A stretch of DNA of 64,000 nucleotides, taken from contig CAVPZX010000005.1 of NCBI GenBank assembly GCA_963710375.1, positions 384,001 to 448,000 on the forward strand, given 5' to 3'. This document shows positions 46,069-56,621 of this stretch, piece by piece; the stretch's first letter is position 1; every line of letters begins with the position of its first letter. The notes under the pieces were generated by a model. That model ran no database searches, had not been told where the DNA came from, and saw nothing but the letters and a program-made list of their open reading frames with translations. Made by a program: the position numbers and the translations under genes. Source of the DNA: Nitrospirota bacterium. Lineage in GTDB: Bacteria; Nitrospirota; Thermodesulfovibrionia; Thermodesulfovibrionales; Dissulfurispiraceae.

Positions 46069-46832
46069 TATCCAAACCTCCCAGTAATATAATCTTCCGT
46101 GAGCTTTTCAGACGGAGCTGTAAACATTTTGTCAGTCCTGTCAAACTCGATCAACTCCCCCAGCATCATAAACCCGGTCCAGTCAGATATCCGGGCCGCC
46201 TGCTGCATATTGTGCGTTACTATTATTATAGTCACACTATTTTTTAATTGCACGAGAAGCTCTTCTATCTTGCCGGTTGAGATAGGGTCAAGCGCGGAAG
46301 TCGGCTCATCGAAAAGAAGGACGTGAGGCTCAACCGCGAGAGCCCTGGCAATAACAAGCCGCTGCTGTTGTCCGCCCGAGAGATCATAAGCGCTGACATG
46401 CAGCTTGTCCTTGGCTTCATCCCACAGGGCAGCGTTTTTAAGGGCCTTCTCAACCCGTTCCGAGAGGTCTGAACGCTTTGTAATGCCCTTTAACTTCAGC
46501 CCGTATGCGATATTGTCGAAAATAGTCATAGGGAAGGGCGTGGGCTTCTGGAAGACCATGCCGATGTCGCTCCTCAGTTTGATAACATCGACATCATTTG
46601 AAAGAACATTCCTGCCCTCGAAGATTATCTCGCCCTCGTATCTATTCTTAGGATAAAGGTCGTGCATACGGTTAAAACATCTCAGTAATGTGGTCTTCCC
46701 GCAGCCGGAGGGCCCGATTAAAGCAGTCACTGCATTTTTATGAGCAGGCACATTAACCTGTTTAAGCGAATGTACATTGCCCGCATAATAAAAGTTCAGG
46801 TCTTTAGCTTGTATTTCCACTATATCGGACAC
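46068..46832 (-). CDS. pstB: Phosphate ABC transporter ATP-binding protein
   Basis: [39 protein letters not shown]. Confidence 0.97.
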   Translation of the reverse strand: MSDIVEIQAKDLNFYYAGNVHSLKQVNVPAHKNAVTALIGPSGCGKTTLLRCFNRMHDLYPKNRYEGEIIFEGRNVLSNDVDVIKLRSDIGMVFQKPTPFPMTIFDNIAYGLKLKGITKRSDLSERVEKALKNAALWDEAKDKLHVSAYDLSGGQQQRLVIARALAVEPHVLLFDEPTSALDPISTGKIEELLVQLKNSVTIIIVTHNMQQAARISDWTGFMMLGELIEFDRTDKMFTAPSEKLTEDYITGRFG

Positions 46833-47671
46833 TATTTATACCTCCATTTAATGATGAGTCTGCCCGCTATGGTGATCAGGAGAATGAAAATAGTTATTAC
46901 AAATGATGCGCCCCATGCCTGAATGTGCCACTCTTCATAGGGGCCCATAGCGTACTGGAATATTGTAGTAGTTAATGATGCGATCGGTTCTCGCATGTCA
47001 GTGGAAAGGTAGGAATTATTAAATGACGTAAACAATAGCGGTGCAGCCTCGCCAGCAACCCGGGCAATGGAAAGCAGTATTCCCGTAAGAATGCCTGTTG
47101 CCGCGCCTCTGTAAACCACCTGGATGATAACTTTGTAATACGGTGCGCCAAGGGCAAAGGCCGCTTCCCTTAAAGTCCACGGAACAAGAGAAAGCATATC
47201 CTCAGTTGTTCTGAGTACAACAGGGATCATGATAACTGACAGCGCAGCGGCTCCGGCCCAGCCATTGAAATGCCCGATAGGCTTGACCATTACAGCATAT
47301 ATAAAAGTTCCCACCACTATGGCAGGTACGCTGACCATAATATCGGCAAGTATACTTATGGCCCGTGCCACCCTGGTCCCTCTTGCGTATTCGGCAAGAA
47401 ATGTGCCTCCCAGAATGCCTATGGGAACGCCTATCAGAGTAGCAAAACCGACTATCATCAACTGCCCTATAAATGCATTGCGCAACCCGCCGCCTGTAAC
47501 GCCTGGCGGGGTCGGATCGTTAAGGAACAGACTCGGCGTAAGAGCCCCAATACCGCGTACAAGGACATCTCCCAGAATAAAAACTAGCCAGAACATTCCC
47601 AAAAGGGCGGCAAAAGTGCTCAAAGTAAGGGCCACGATGCTCTCGATTTTTCTTTTTTGATCGATGTTCAT
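46832..47671 (-). CDS. pstA: Phosphate ABC transporter permease PstA
   Basis: [21 protein letters not shown]. Confidence 0.95.
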   Translation of the reverse strand: MNIDQKRKIESIVALTLSTFAALLGMFWLVFILGDVLVRGIGALTPSLFLNDPTPPGVTGGGLRNAFIGQLMIVGFATLIGVPIGILGGTFLAEYARGTRVARAISILADIMVSVPAIVVGTFIYAVMVKPIGHFNGWAGAAALSVIMIPVVLRTTEDMLSLVPWTLREAAFALGAPYYKVIIQVVYRGAATGILTGILLSIARVAGEAAPLLFTSFNNSYLSTDMREPIASLTTTIFQYAMGPYEEWHIQAWGASFVITIFILLITIAGRLIIKWRYK

Positions 47672-48609
47672 CGTGAATATTTCCTCTCAGCCTTGAGCAG
47701 AAAGATCTTTGCTACTGCAAGGACTATAAAGCTCATTATGAAAAGTATAAGGGCCAGATAAAAAAGTGACGAGAGGTAGATGTCTGTGTCAGCCTCGGTA
47801 AACTCATTGGCAAGTGATACTGTAATGGTTGCAGCAGCATCAAATAGCGATGCAGTGATCTGATGGTTGTTTCCAAGGACAAAAGCTACCGCCATGGTCT
47901 CGCCCAGCGCCCTGCCCAGGGAAAGAGTAACCCCTCCGAAAACGGCAAGTTTTGAATAAGGGATCACAACGTTTTTAACAACTTCCCATTTAGTGGCCCC
48001 GATTGCATAAGCAGACTCCTTGACAACGGCAGGCGTCAAATTAAAAGCGTCCCTAGAAATGCTTGCGGTGAAAGGTATAATCATTATGCTCAAAATAACA
48101 CTCGCAGTTAACATGTCGATGCCCATGGGCGTGCCTTTGAACAGGATTCCCACTAATGGCAGCGCTCCGACGCTCTTCTGAATCGCCGGTTCTATATATT
48201 TTGACATTATTGGAGCTACTGTGAACAGCCCCCACATGCCATAAATAATACTGGGAATTGCTGCCAGGAGTTCAATGGCGATCCCGATAGGCCCTCTCAT
48301 AAAGTTGGGAGATATTTCGGTAACAAAGATGGCAATGCCGATTGCGACAGGTACCGCAATTGCTAGAGAGAGCACTGTCGTAACAACGGTCCCGAATATG
48401 GTTGTCGCAGCCCCGAAGGATTGCTTTACAGGGTCCCAGTCAGTGGATTTCAAAAAGTTGATAACACCAAAACGACTGATGGCAAGCGACGACTCCTGTA
48501 TAAGCACTATTAAGATGCCTAAAACCAGTATAACCACCAGCGTTGAAGCAAAAGCTGTTATAAGAGAGAACACGAAGTCAACAGGGTTCTTTTTTTCAAG
48601 AATAGGCAA
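47668..48609 (-). CDS. pstC: Phosphate ABC transporter permease PstC
   Basis: IELLAAIPSIIYGMWG, GRALGETMAV. Confidence 0.95.
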   Translation of the reverse strand: MPILEKKNPVDFVFSLITAFASTLVVILVLGILIVLIQESSLAISRFGVINFLKSTDWDPVKQSFGAATTIFGTVVTTVLSLAIAVPVAIGIAIFVTEISPNFMRGPIGIAIELLAAIPSIIYGMWGLFTVAPIMSKYIEPAIQKSVGALPLVGILFKGTPMGIDMLTASVILSIMIIPFTASISRDAFNLTPAVVKESAYAIGATKWEVVKNVVIPYSKLAVFGGVTLSLGRALGETMAVAFVLGNNHQITASLFDAAATITVSLANEFTEADTDIYLSSLFYLALILFIMSFIVLAVAKIFLLKAERKYSR

Positions 48610-48671
48610 GCTGCTTACTCCTTATGAATCAAATATAATTGGCCCAGAACAATTATGATCGGATAAAAGGC

Positions 48672-48717
48672 AATTAAAAGGGTCAGGATATATGATACAT
48701 ACCTGACCCTCTTAATT
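48672..48717. terminator. Intercistronic hairpin between pstS and pstC
   Basis: AATTAAAAGGGTCAGG...CCTGACCCTCTTAATT. Confidence 0.6.
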
Positions 48718-48728
48718 CAATCTAACTT

Positions 48729-49739
48729 CTAATAAATGCCATTCTCCTTCCAGTATGCCCGGATCTTGTCCTTTAAACTCTTTGGCAGCGGCACATAGAT
48801 CAGTTCCTTGGCTTTTGCATCGCCGTTTTTGAAAGACCAGTCATAAAACTTGACGGTTTTCATATCGGCTTGTTTGTGATCCTTTGCGAGCAGAATAAAT
48901 GTGGCGCCTGCGATAGGCCATGCATTCTTGCCCGGTGCATTAACGAGCCAGAGGTCGAAGTGTTTTTTCGGGTCAAAGTTTGCTGAGGCAGCGGCATCTT
49001 CAAAAGCCTCGAAGCTCGGCTCGATATACTTGCCTGCAGAGTTTTTCAACGCTGTATAGGTTAGGTTGTTCAGTTTAGCATAAGCGAATTCTACATACCC
49101 GATAGCATCAGGGGCCTGATGTACATAGTTGGACACTCCCTCATTTCCCTTGCCGCCGATGCCGACAGGCCATTTTACAGAAGTTCCAGCCCCAACTTTC
49201 GTTTTCCATTCAGGACATGTTTCGGAAAGGTAACTAGTAAATATTGCAGTAGTACCGGAGCCGTCAGACCTATGGACAACGGTAATTTCGCTATGCGGCA
49301 GGTTTACCTGTGGGTTCAGAGCTTTAATTACTGGATCATCCCAGTATTTGACTTCGCCAAGATATGCTTTACATACAGCATTAGAATCCAGTTTTAACTC
49401 GCCTGGCTTTACGCCGGGCATGTGAACCACAATAACAACCCCACCCATAACAGCCGGGAACTGCAACAGGCCTGCCTTGTTCAGTTCCTCAGGGGTGAGG
49501 GGTGCATCAGATGCGCCGAATTCAACTGTCCTGTTCGAAATCTGCCTGATGCCTCCTCCTGAGCCGATAGGCTGATAATTGAGCTTAATACCGGTTGCCT
49601 TGTTATAGTCATACGCCCATGCTTGATAAACAGGGGCAGGGAATGTTGCTCCAGCGCCGGTTAGAATATCCTCCGCATGTACAACTGAAAACGTCAAAAC
49701 ACAAGCTGCTGATACAATCAAACTTACTAATCTTTTCAT
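48729..49739 (-). CDS. pstS: Phosphate-binding periplasmic protein PstS
   Basis: GAGATFP, GSGGG, FGASDAP, RSDGSGTT. Confidence 0.97.
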   Translation of the reverse strand: MKRLVSLIVSAACVLTFSVVHAEDILTGAGATFPAPVYQAWAYDYNKATGIKLNYQPIGSGGGIRQISNRTVEFGASDAPLTPEELNKAGLLQFPAVMGGVVIVVHMPGVKPGELKLDSNAVCKAYLGEVKYWDDPVIKALNPQVNLPHSEITVVHRSDGSGTTAIFTSYLSETCPEWKTKVGAGTSVKWPVGIGGKGNEGVSNYVHQAPDAIGYVEFAYAKLNNLTYTALKNSAGKYIEPSFEAFEDAAASANFDPKKHFDLWLVNAPGKNAWPIAGATFILLAKDHKQADMKTVKFYDWSFKNGDAKAKELIYVPLPKSLKDKIRAYWKENGIY

Positions 49740-49774
49740 GTTTCCTCCTGGTTTAAAAAATCTCTGTCTGATTT

Positions 49775-49829
49775 AGGATAAAGCATAAATGTTACATAAA
49801 TGTTACGTCAGTGTTAAATATATATTACA
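49775..49829 (-). promoter_or_regulatory. Pho-box-like array and -10 upstream of pstS
   Basis: Minus-strand TGTAATA/TTTAACA/CGTAACA/TGTAACA at exact 11-bp spacing (+ starts 49823, 49812, 49801, 49790), then TATCCT. Confidence 0.8.
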
Positions 49830-49909
49830 TATCACCTCCCTATCGCAAATTAAAAATTACAAATTATGCATTGAGAGAAGAAGATATAAAATCATTTAAT
49901 TCTTCTTAA

Positions 49910-50098
49910 TTAAATAAGCGGACATTTCTTATGCTGTTTACTCTTACAGTACTCCTGGAGTTGGAACAAACTTGGGACGTAAGGTATATCTCCTGCCTGA
50001 CAGGTGAAAATGATCCATTTAGTAAGATAGGGGCATTTCAGACGCCTGGTCTCAACTTTTGAAAATACACTTTCCCTTCTTGACGTGCTGGTTGGCAT
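49910..50098 (-). CDS. Small Cys4 protein, paralog 1 (CPY motif)
   Basis: C-x10-C-x17-C-x7-CP; same spacing pattern as 58969-59196 and 59338-59544; start uncertain. Confidence 0.7.
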   Translation of the reverse strand: MPTSTSRRESVFSKVETRRLKCPYLTKWIIFTCQAGDIPYVPSLFQLQEYCKSKQHKKCPLI

Positions 50099-50105
50099 TA
50101 CAATA

Positions 50106-50360
50106 TCACCCCATGCTGATTGTTGCGATTATCTCACTATCTGCCATCATTTTTTTCAGGTATTTCTCAATATCAAAATGATCAGGATCATATGTAATGA
50201 CTAGGCTTCCGGTAACCGGGTTGGCCCGGACATCTTTAACCCCCTCCGGTATGGGTATCTCTGCTAATTTTTTTAGTGTTGCAATAGAAAGCTTTTTTAT
50301 CACCGGCACTTGTACTCTGATACGTCCCGGAACATGGTGAACCACCCTATAGTTGATCAT
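50106..50360 (-). CDS. Stand-alone HMA2/CoBaHMA-like domain protein
   Basis: VVHHVPGRIRV...ANPVTGSLVITYD; no CxxC. Confidence 0.8.
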   Translation of the reverse strand: MINYRVVHHVPGRIRVQVPVIKKLSIATLKKLAEIPIPEGVKDVRANPVTGSLVITYDPDHFDIEKYLKKMMADSEIIATISMG

Positions 50361-50403
50361 TCAATCCACCTTTGTTAGGTTTCATTAATTAAATCATATT
50401 AAT

Positions 50404-50443
50404 TCTTACAAGATGATGAACTGTCAGTTACAACTTTGTGACA
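50404..50443 (-). promoter_or_regulatory. Pho-box-like array upstream of the HMA2/Cys4 pair
   Basis: + strand TCTTACA, GATGAAC, AGTTACA, TGTGACA at 50404/15/26/37. Confidence 0.65.
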
Positions 50444-50641
50444 TTTCAGCAAGGCAGGTTATAGAGTATAGGCCATAACTAATTGTTTTGCCATCGTTTG
50501 CCTTTGGCCTATAATCCATTACCGGCCTTTATGCAATGTAGGTATATAATGAAAGCTTTTTGTAGAATGCTTTTACATTTACATCTGACTAGTTTTATTA
50601 TACACTTTCATTAAAGACTGGCTCACGAGCGGGAGGACAAC

Positions 50642-50929
50642 ATGGCACTTTTTGATAATGGATTAAAGGGTAATATAGTTACAGGCCTCGCTGTCGGCAT
50701 TGGTGCGGCTCTATTTGCCCCTCAGGTGATTCCGGCACTGGCAGGTGTGGTAAAGCCGCTTGCAAAAGCCGCCATAAAGGGCAGCCTTGTTTTATATGAA
50801 AAAGGTAAAGAGGCTTTTGCAGAAGTAGGTGAAATGATGGAAGATATCGTTGCGGAAGTAAAGGCTGAAATGGCAGAATCACACAATGAGGCAGCCGGTA
50901 TCAGCCCCGACGATAAAACAGGCGCCTGA
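50642..50929 (+). CDS. FezA/DUF5132-like small membrane-associated protein
   Basis: GLAVGIG GxxxG segment, KPLAKAAIKG, EMMEDIVAEVKAE amphipathic helix. Confidence 0.75.
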   Translation: MALFDNGLKGNIVTGLAVGIGAALFAPQVIPALAGVVKPLAKAAIKGSLVLYEKGKEAFAEVGEMMEDIVAEVKAEMAESHNEAAGISPDDKTGA

Positions 50930-51417
50930 TGATTCCTGAAGCAATTGTATGCCACTCTTCACCTGGAAGATCAAGGGTTAAAGTGCCTTCCAGAAAAGGT
51001 GACGCCGCTTATTTCTCTAGCCTGAAGGACCATTTTGCTCATCTGGAGGGAGTCAAGGAGGTCGAAGCAAATGCCGTTACAGGCAGTGTTGTGTTCATGC
51101 ATGCTGCTGATTTAAAGGCAATTTCTACTTTTGCCGAAGATCATTCACTTTTCAGGCTCATTAAATTAGAGTCCGCGACGCCTGCTCTGTCCCGAAATGT
51201 GGTTAAATCATTCAGGGACTTTGATAAGAAAGTAAAAAAATTTACCGGCAACGAACTGGATGTCCCCGGAGTGGCTTTCCTGACGCTGCTGGGGTTAGGT
51301 ATATACGAAATCGGCAGGGGAAACTTTGCCGCACCTGCATGGTATACCGCTTTTTGGTATTCATTGAACATATTTCTGAAATCAGTGCCTCATACCACCG
51401 ATGAGGAGAACAAATAG
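50929..51417 (+). CDS. HMA2-domain membrane protein (FezC-like architecture)
   Basis: HSSPGRSRV...ANAVTGSV, then TM LLGLGIY and PAWYTAFWY. Confidence 0.75.
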   Translation: MIPEAIVCHSSPGRSRVKVPSRKGDAAYFSSLKDHFAHLEGVKEVEANAVTGSVVFMHAADLKAISTFAEDHSLFRLIKLESATPALSRNVVKSFRDFDKKVKKFTGNELDVPGVAFLTLLGLGIYEIGRGNFAAPAWYTAFWYSLNIFLKSVPHTTDEENK

Positions 51418-51496
51418 CGGAAGCCATGTAGTTAAACCGCTGCATGGCACATCAAGAAAAAAAACGTTAACAACAATCTAAAAGGGGGTTGCTATT

Positions 51497-52150
51497 ATGA
51501 CTAAGGGCGAGGCTAAGGCTAATTCAAGAGGGGCTGCCAATATTGGAGCAGCTGGAACAAAGGTGAAAGAGGGCATTGTAAGCAGCCTGAAAGGAATAAA
51601 CGAAATCGAGGCGGAAATCGTTAGTTTGGTGAGAAATACTGTCTCCAATGCGCTGAAGGCGACGGCATCGGTAGCCAGCGAGGGCGTGGTCATAACGAAG
51701 GATGTGGTAAAGGGCGCAATTCAGGCTACGGAAGAGGTCGGTACCGGATTGATTTTGAGCACTAAAAGTGTTGCCAAAGGAATTATAATGGGGGTCAGCG
51801 ATGTAGGCGGTGATGTGCTTAGTGTTGCCGGGCAGACTGTCAAGGGCGCTGTCAAAGGTGCTGCCGAAGTCGGTGCAGATGTCGCACTTGTTGCGAGAAG
51901 GGCTGTGGACGGTGTAATTGAAGCAACAAAAGAAATCGGAGGAAATGTTGAAGAGGCTGCCACAGTTGCCGTCGGAGGCGCAATAGAGGCCGCCGGATCT
52001 ATCGGCACTACTGCTGTGCATGCCGTGAAGGACATGCTTGTCGGCGTCGTTTCAGGAGTGAAAGAAGTTGCCGGCTCCGCGCTGCCGAAACCGCGTTCAT
52101 CCGCGGCGACTGAAGTAACGTCAAGGCACAGAACAAAAAGGGAAGAATAG
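51497..52150 (+). CDS. Gly/Ala/Val-rich protein with 22-aa amphipathic repeats
   Basis: VVKGAIQATEEVGTGLILSTKS / VAKGIIMGVSDVGGDVLSVAGQ / TVKGAVKGAAEVGADVALVARR / AVDGVIEATKEIGGNVEEAATV / AVGGAIEAAGSIGTTAVHAVKD. Confidence 0.8.
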   Translation: MTKGEAKANSRGAANIGAAGTKVKEGIVSSLKGINEIEAEIVSLVRNTVSNALKATASVASEGVVITKDVVKGAIQATEEVGTGLILSTKSVAKGIIMGVSDVGGDVLSVAGQTVKGAVKGAAEVGADVALVARRAVDGVIEATKEIGGNVEEAATVAVGGAIEAAGSIGTTAVHAVKDMLVGVVSGVKEVAGSALPKPRSSAATEVTSRHRTKREE

Positions 52151-52156
52151 CGGCAC

Positions 52157-55100
52157 GTGGTCCAGACAGTACACGCGACCATACCCGGCAGGGCCCGATA
52201 CAAGGTGGCCGGACTTTACCGTTCGGAATCGCTGAAAAACCACATTGAATCGGGCCTTTCAGACAGGGAAGGGATTAATCTTGTCTCTGTAAACACATTG
52301 ACCGGGAGCGTTCTCGTATATTACAATTCCATCGATACCCCCGAATACGTTGCCAATGTTATTCAAAATATAGTCCTCGAACATAAAGGCAACGGTTTCA
52401 AGCAGATTGAAGATACTGCTCCTCTGTCCGGCTCCCGGCTTCCTGCAGCGGAAAGCCGTATGCCCGAGACCGGGCTGTCTCCCGCCCCGGCTAAAGAGAT
52501 AAAAAGCAGGGGTAAAGTAAGAAGGCTTGTCAGCCATGCCGAGGACCAGACGGTTGAGGAATGGCATGCTGCCGAACCGTCCGCAATCCTTGAGCGGCTC
52601 GATACTGCAGCATCTACGGGACTTTCAACTGAGAGCGCACAAGCAAGGCTAAAAAAGTTTGGTCCCAATCTCCTGCCTGAATCCGTCCCGCGTTCGGGAT
52701 TGAGCATTCTTCTCGATCAATTCAACTCGATCCCAAATGCCCTGCTGGGCGTAGCAGCCGGTCTCTCTGTTCTTACGGGAGGTATAGCTGATGCAATCGT
52801 CATTGCCGGAGTAGTAGGGATTAATGCGGTCATAGGCTATGTAACGGAGAGCCAGGCGGAAAGAACCATCCACTCTCTCAAGAGTCTTGTCAGGCCCTCT
52901 GCGCTTGTAATAAGAGATAATATTTATAAAGAGGTCCCTGCTGAAGATGTGGTAATCGGCGACATTCTGGTACTCAGGCCCGGCAGCTATGTCGCTGCCG
53001 ACAGCAGAATGGTTGAAGCAACTCACCTGAGTGTTGATGAATCAGCGCTTACCGGGGAGAGTATGCCGGTCGTTAAGTCTACGGAAAGCATCGCAGCCCA
53101 CAATCTGCCGCTTGCCGACAGGGTCAATATGGCCTATATGGGGACCCTGGTGACCGGGGGACAGGGCTTTGCTGTAGTTGTAGCCACCGGAAAGTTTACG
53201 GAGATAGGGAAGATACAGGAACTCGTGGGAGCTGCAGAGTCGCCAGATACTCCTATGGAGCGTCAGCTTAGAAAAATGGGCACACAGCTCGTGCTTATCA
53301 GCGGAGCTGTCTGTGGTCTTGTTTTCATCATAGGACTGCTGAGGGGATATGGTTTCCTGCAGATGCTCAAAAGCTCGATCTCTTTAGCTGTCGCTGCTGT
53401 CCCCGAGGGGCTGCCGACAGTTGCAACTACGACCCTCTCACTGGGGATCAGGAATATGAGGAGGCATAAAGTCCTCATTCGCCATCTCAACGCAGTCGAA
53501 ACACTCGGCTCGGTACAGACCATATGCATGGATAAGACCGGTACCATAACCCTGAACAGGATGACGGTTGTGGCTGTCCATTCGGGGATGAAGAGAATAA
53601 AGGTGATGGACGGAAAATTTATGGCCGGCAGGGAGAACATTAACCCCTATACCTCTGACGAGTTCCTCAGGCTTATCCATATTGCAGTGCTCTGCAATGA
53701 ATCTGAAATCATCGTGAAAGAACATACAGCTCGAGATCACCGTGGGAAGCACTTACGATGAGAACGGAGAGGGGAAATATGTGCTGCGCGGTTCACCCAC
53801 CGAGAACGCCCTTATGCATATGGCTATTTGTGCAGGTGTTGACATAGTTCAACTAAGAAAGATGTTCCCGCTTCTCAAAATAGGCTACCGCTCTGAAAAC
53901 CGCAATTATATGGCAACCCATCATGACTACGGCGTCGAGGGCAAGATCATAGCGTTGAAAGGCAGCCCTACGGAAGTGCTGGCAATGTGCGATTGGTATA
54001 TAAAGGACGGCGAAAAGATTTTGATCTCCGATGATGACAGGCTTGCATTGGAAACAGAGAATGAGCGAATGGCTGGTGAAGCACTGCGAGTCCTTGCCTT
54101 TGCTTATCACCAGTCTGAAAATGGCAACGGCGCCGGGTCCGACATCACCAGAGGTTTTGTGTGGCTCGGCCTGGTCGGGATGGCAGACCCCACCAGAAAG
54201 GGAGTCAGGGAACTGATCGGCGTCTTCCACCGGGCCGGCATAGAAACAGTTATGATAACCGGAGACCAGACGCCTACGGCTTATGCCATCGGAAACGAGC
54301 TTGACCTGAGCAATGGAGAACAGCTCGAAATCCTGGATTCGACCCACCTTACCGATATAGAACCCGATGTCATGAAAGCGCTTGCCGAGCGTGTCCATGT
54401 TTTTGCCCGCGTCAGTCCTGCCCATAAGCTTCAAATAGTGCAGGCTCTTCAGAGTGCGGGGAAAGTAGTCGCAATGACCGGCGACGGCATTAATGACGGC
54501 CCTGCGCTCAAGGCTGCCGACATAGGCATTGCAATGGGGCATACAGGCACAGATGTAGCCCGTGAGGTGGCCGATATTGTGCTTGAGGACGATAATCTTG
54601 AGACCATGATCATCGCTGTAAGCCATGGACGCACTATTTATAACAATATTCGAAAATCAGTGCATTTTCTCCTGTCGACCAACCTCAGTGAAATTATGGT
54701 CATGTTTACGGCCATTGCCGGAGGCCTCGGTCAGCCGGTCAATGCCATGCAACTGCTTTGGATCAACCTCATATCAGATATATTCCCCGGACTGGCGCTG
54801 GCACTTGAACAGCCAGAACCCGATGTGCTCACCAAGCCGCCGCGCAACCCTGAGCACCCTATTATTATGAGCAGCGACTTTAAAAGGATAACTTTCGAAT
54901 CCGCAATGATGAGCGCTACTACTCTCGGCGCATATGGGTACGGCATTGCGCGGTACGGACGTGGAGCGCAGGCAGGGACAATGGCCTTTATGACTCTGAC
55001 AACGAGTCAGCTTCTGCACGCCATTAGCTGCCGTTCTGAAAAAATCAGTGTCTTTGACAAAGAGCGTCTCCCGTCCAACAGGTACCTTGATGCTGCTCTG

Positions 55101-55271
55101 GGAGGCTCATTTGCGCTGCAGGCTTTGACAGTGGCATTGCCCGGACTTAGAGGCCTGCTCGGAACAACAACTATCAATTTTATGGATGCCCTGGTGATCG
55201 CAGGAGGTTCTCTGCTCCCTCTGGTTGTCAATGAAGCTACCAAGAAAACTATGCGAGGTGAAGCTATATGA
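52157..55271 (+). CDS. P2A-type (Ca2+-like) P-type ATPase with N-terminal HMA2 domain; one apparent frameshift near 53715-53760
   Basis: HATIPGRARY N-domain; TGES, VPEGL, DKTGT in 52157-53761; KGSP, TGD, GDGIND, STNLSE, WINLISD in 53742-55271. Confidence 0.9.
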
Positions 55272-56455
55272 AAAAGGATTTCATGTTTACGTCCGAATCG
55301 GTAACAGAGGGACATCCCGACAAGCTCTGCGATCAGATTAGCGATGCCATCGTTGACCACTTTCTGCAGCAGGACCCGTACTCACGTGTTATCGCAGAAT
55401 GCGCTGTTTCGACGTCGATACTCTTCATAGCTGCAAGGTTTGCATCTGACGCACGTGTTGACTTCCCCTATATAGCACGTCAGGTAATATCTCAGGTTGG
55501 CTATGAACAGCATGAGTTTAACGGGAAAACATGCAGTATCCTTACGAGCCTCAAAGAATCACCCCGTGACGTGGACTGCTGTTTTGATGAACGGGAGTTG
55601 TCCGAGAGAGAAATCGACAATATCCCGGTCAAGAACCAGGTTACGGTTTTTGGTTTCGCATGTAATCAAACCCCCGCATTTATGCCGCTTCCCATATGGC
55701 TCGCTCATAAGCTTGCCAGACGGCTCACTTCGGCAAGACTTCAGAAGATACTGCCCTATCTTTCCCAGGACGGAAAAACCCAGGTGGGAGTTGAATTCAG
55801 GAACCGCGTTCCATACAGGATACACAGCTTAACGGTTATTGCAAGCCAGAATAAGCGCGGAGGCCCTGATCTGAAACAGTTGGGCGATGATATACGGGAA
55901 GCAATTATCGATAATGTCTTCCTTGATGAATCTATCAAGCCTGATAAAAATACCAGGATATTCGTTAATCCGGACGGCCCGTTTATCACCGGCGGCCCGT
56001 CAATCCATTCAGGGCTTACCGGCAGAAAAAATGCAATTGATACCTATGGGGAGTACTCTCGCCACAGCGGTGCAGCACTCAGCGGTAAGGACCCGATGAG
56101 AATTGACCGGGTCGGCGCGTATGCTGCGCGTTACGCGGCGAAGAATGTGATTGCGGCCGGGCTTGCCGAGGAGTGCGAAATCCAGCTCAGCTATTCCATA
56201 GGTCTTTCCCATCCTGTGAGCATTCAGGTAGAGACCTTTGGCACCGGCAAACTGCCGGACGCGATTATTGCCGATCTGGTTGAGAAGAATTTTGATTTCA
56301 GGCTTGCCGGAATTGTGAAACAGTTTAGTCTCAGGCGCCTGCCTGCTGCCATTAAAGGCGGTTTCTATCGGAAGCTTGCTGTCTATGGGCATGTCGGCAG
56401 AATGGATATAGGGTTGCCGTGGGAAGTCACTGATAAGGCCCACCTGCTGAAATAG
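55268..56455 (+). CDS. Divergent methionine adenosyltransferase (MetK) homolog
   Basis: FTSESVTEGHPDK, DGKTQV, GLTGRK and GKD retained; GAGDQG signature replaced by PVKNQV; start overlaps ATPase stop. Confidence 0.85.
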   Translation: MKKDFMFTSESVTEGHPDKLCDQISDAIVDHFLQQDPYSRVIAECAVSTSILFIAARFASDARVDFPYIARQVISQVGYEQHEFNGKTCSILTSLKESPRDVDCCFDERELSEREIDNIPVKNQVTVFGFACNQTPAFMPLPIWLAHKLARRLTSARLQKILPYLSQDGKTQVGVEFRNRVPYRIHSLTVIASQNKRGGPDLKQLGDDIREAIIDNVFLDESIKPDKNTRIFVNPDGPFITGGPSIHSGLTGRKNAIDTYGEYSRHSGAALSGKDPMRIDRVGAYAARYAAKNVIAAGLAEECEIQLSYSIGLSHPVSIQVETFGTGKLPDAIIADLVEKNFDFRLAGIVKQFSLRRLPAAIKGGFYRKLAVYGHVGRMDIGLPWEVTDKAHLLK

Positions 56456-56532
56456 CAGGCAGAGGCAAAGGTAGAGGTATAGATAGATAAACTCTACCTT
56501 TGCCTCTACCTCTGCCTCTGCCTTTGCTTTTC

Positions 56533-56588
56533 TGTAACTTAAAATTAATGTTCCTGTAAAACTACTTTAACCCTTTTCCCTGTAGAGT
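56533..56588 (+). promoter_or_regulatory. Pho-box-like array upstream of the ornithine-lipid genes
   Basis: TGTAACT, ATTAATG, TGTAAAA, TTTAACC at 56533/44/55/66; TAGAGT -10-like at 56583. Confidence 0.7.
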
Positions 56589-56621
56589 ATATAAATGTGC
56601 TTTATCGCAGGAGGGGTGATA

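Noticed and set aside
52425..52480. Possible heptamer inverted repeat inside the ATPase linker
   Set aside because: Too degenerate to distinguish from Pro/Ser/Gly codon bias.
50642..55271. Canonical ferrosome (fezABC) or magnetosome operon
   Set aside because: The ATPase has P2A motifs (PEGL) rather than P1B-6 motifs, and no mam core genes are present; reported only as ferrosome-like.
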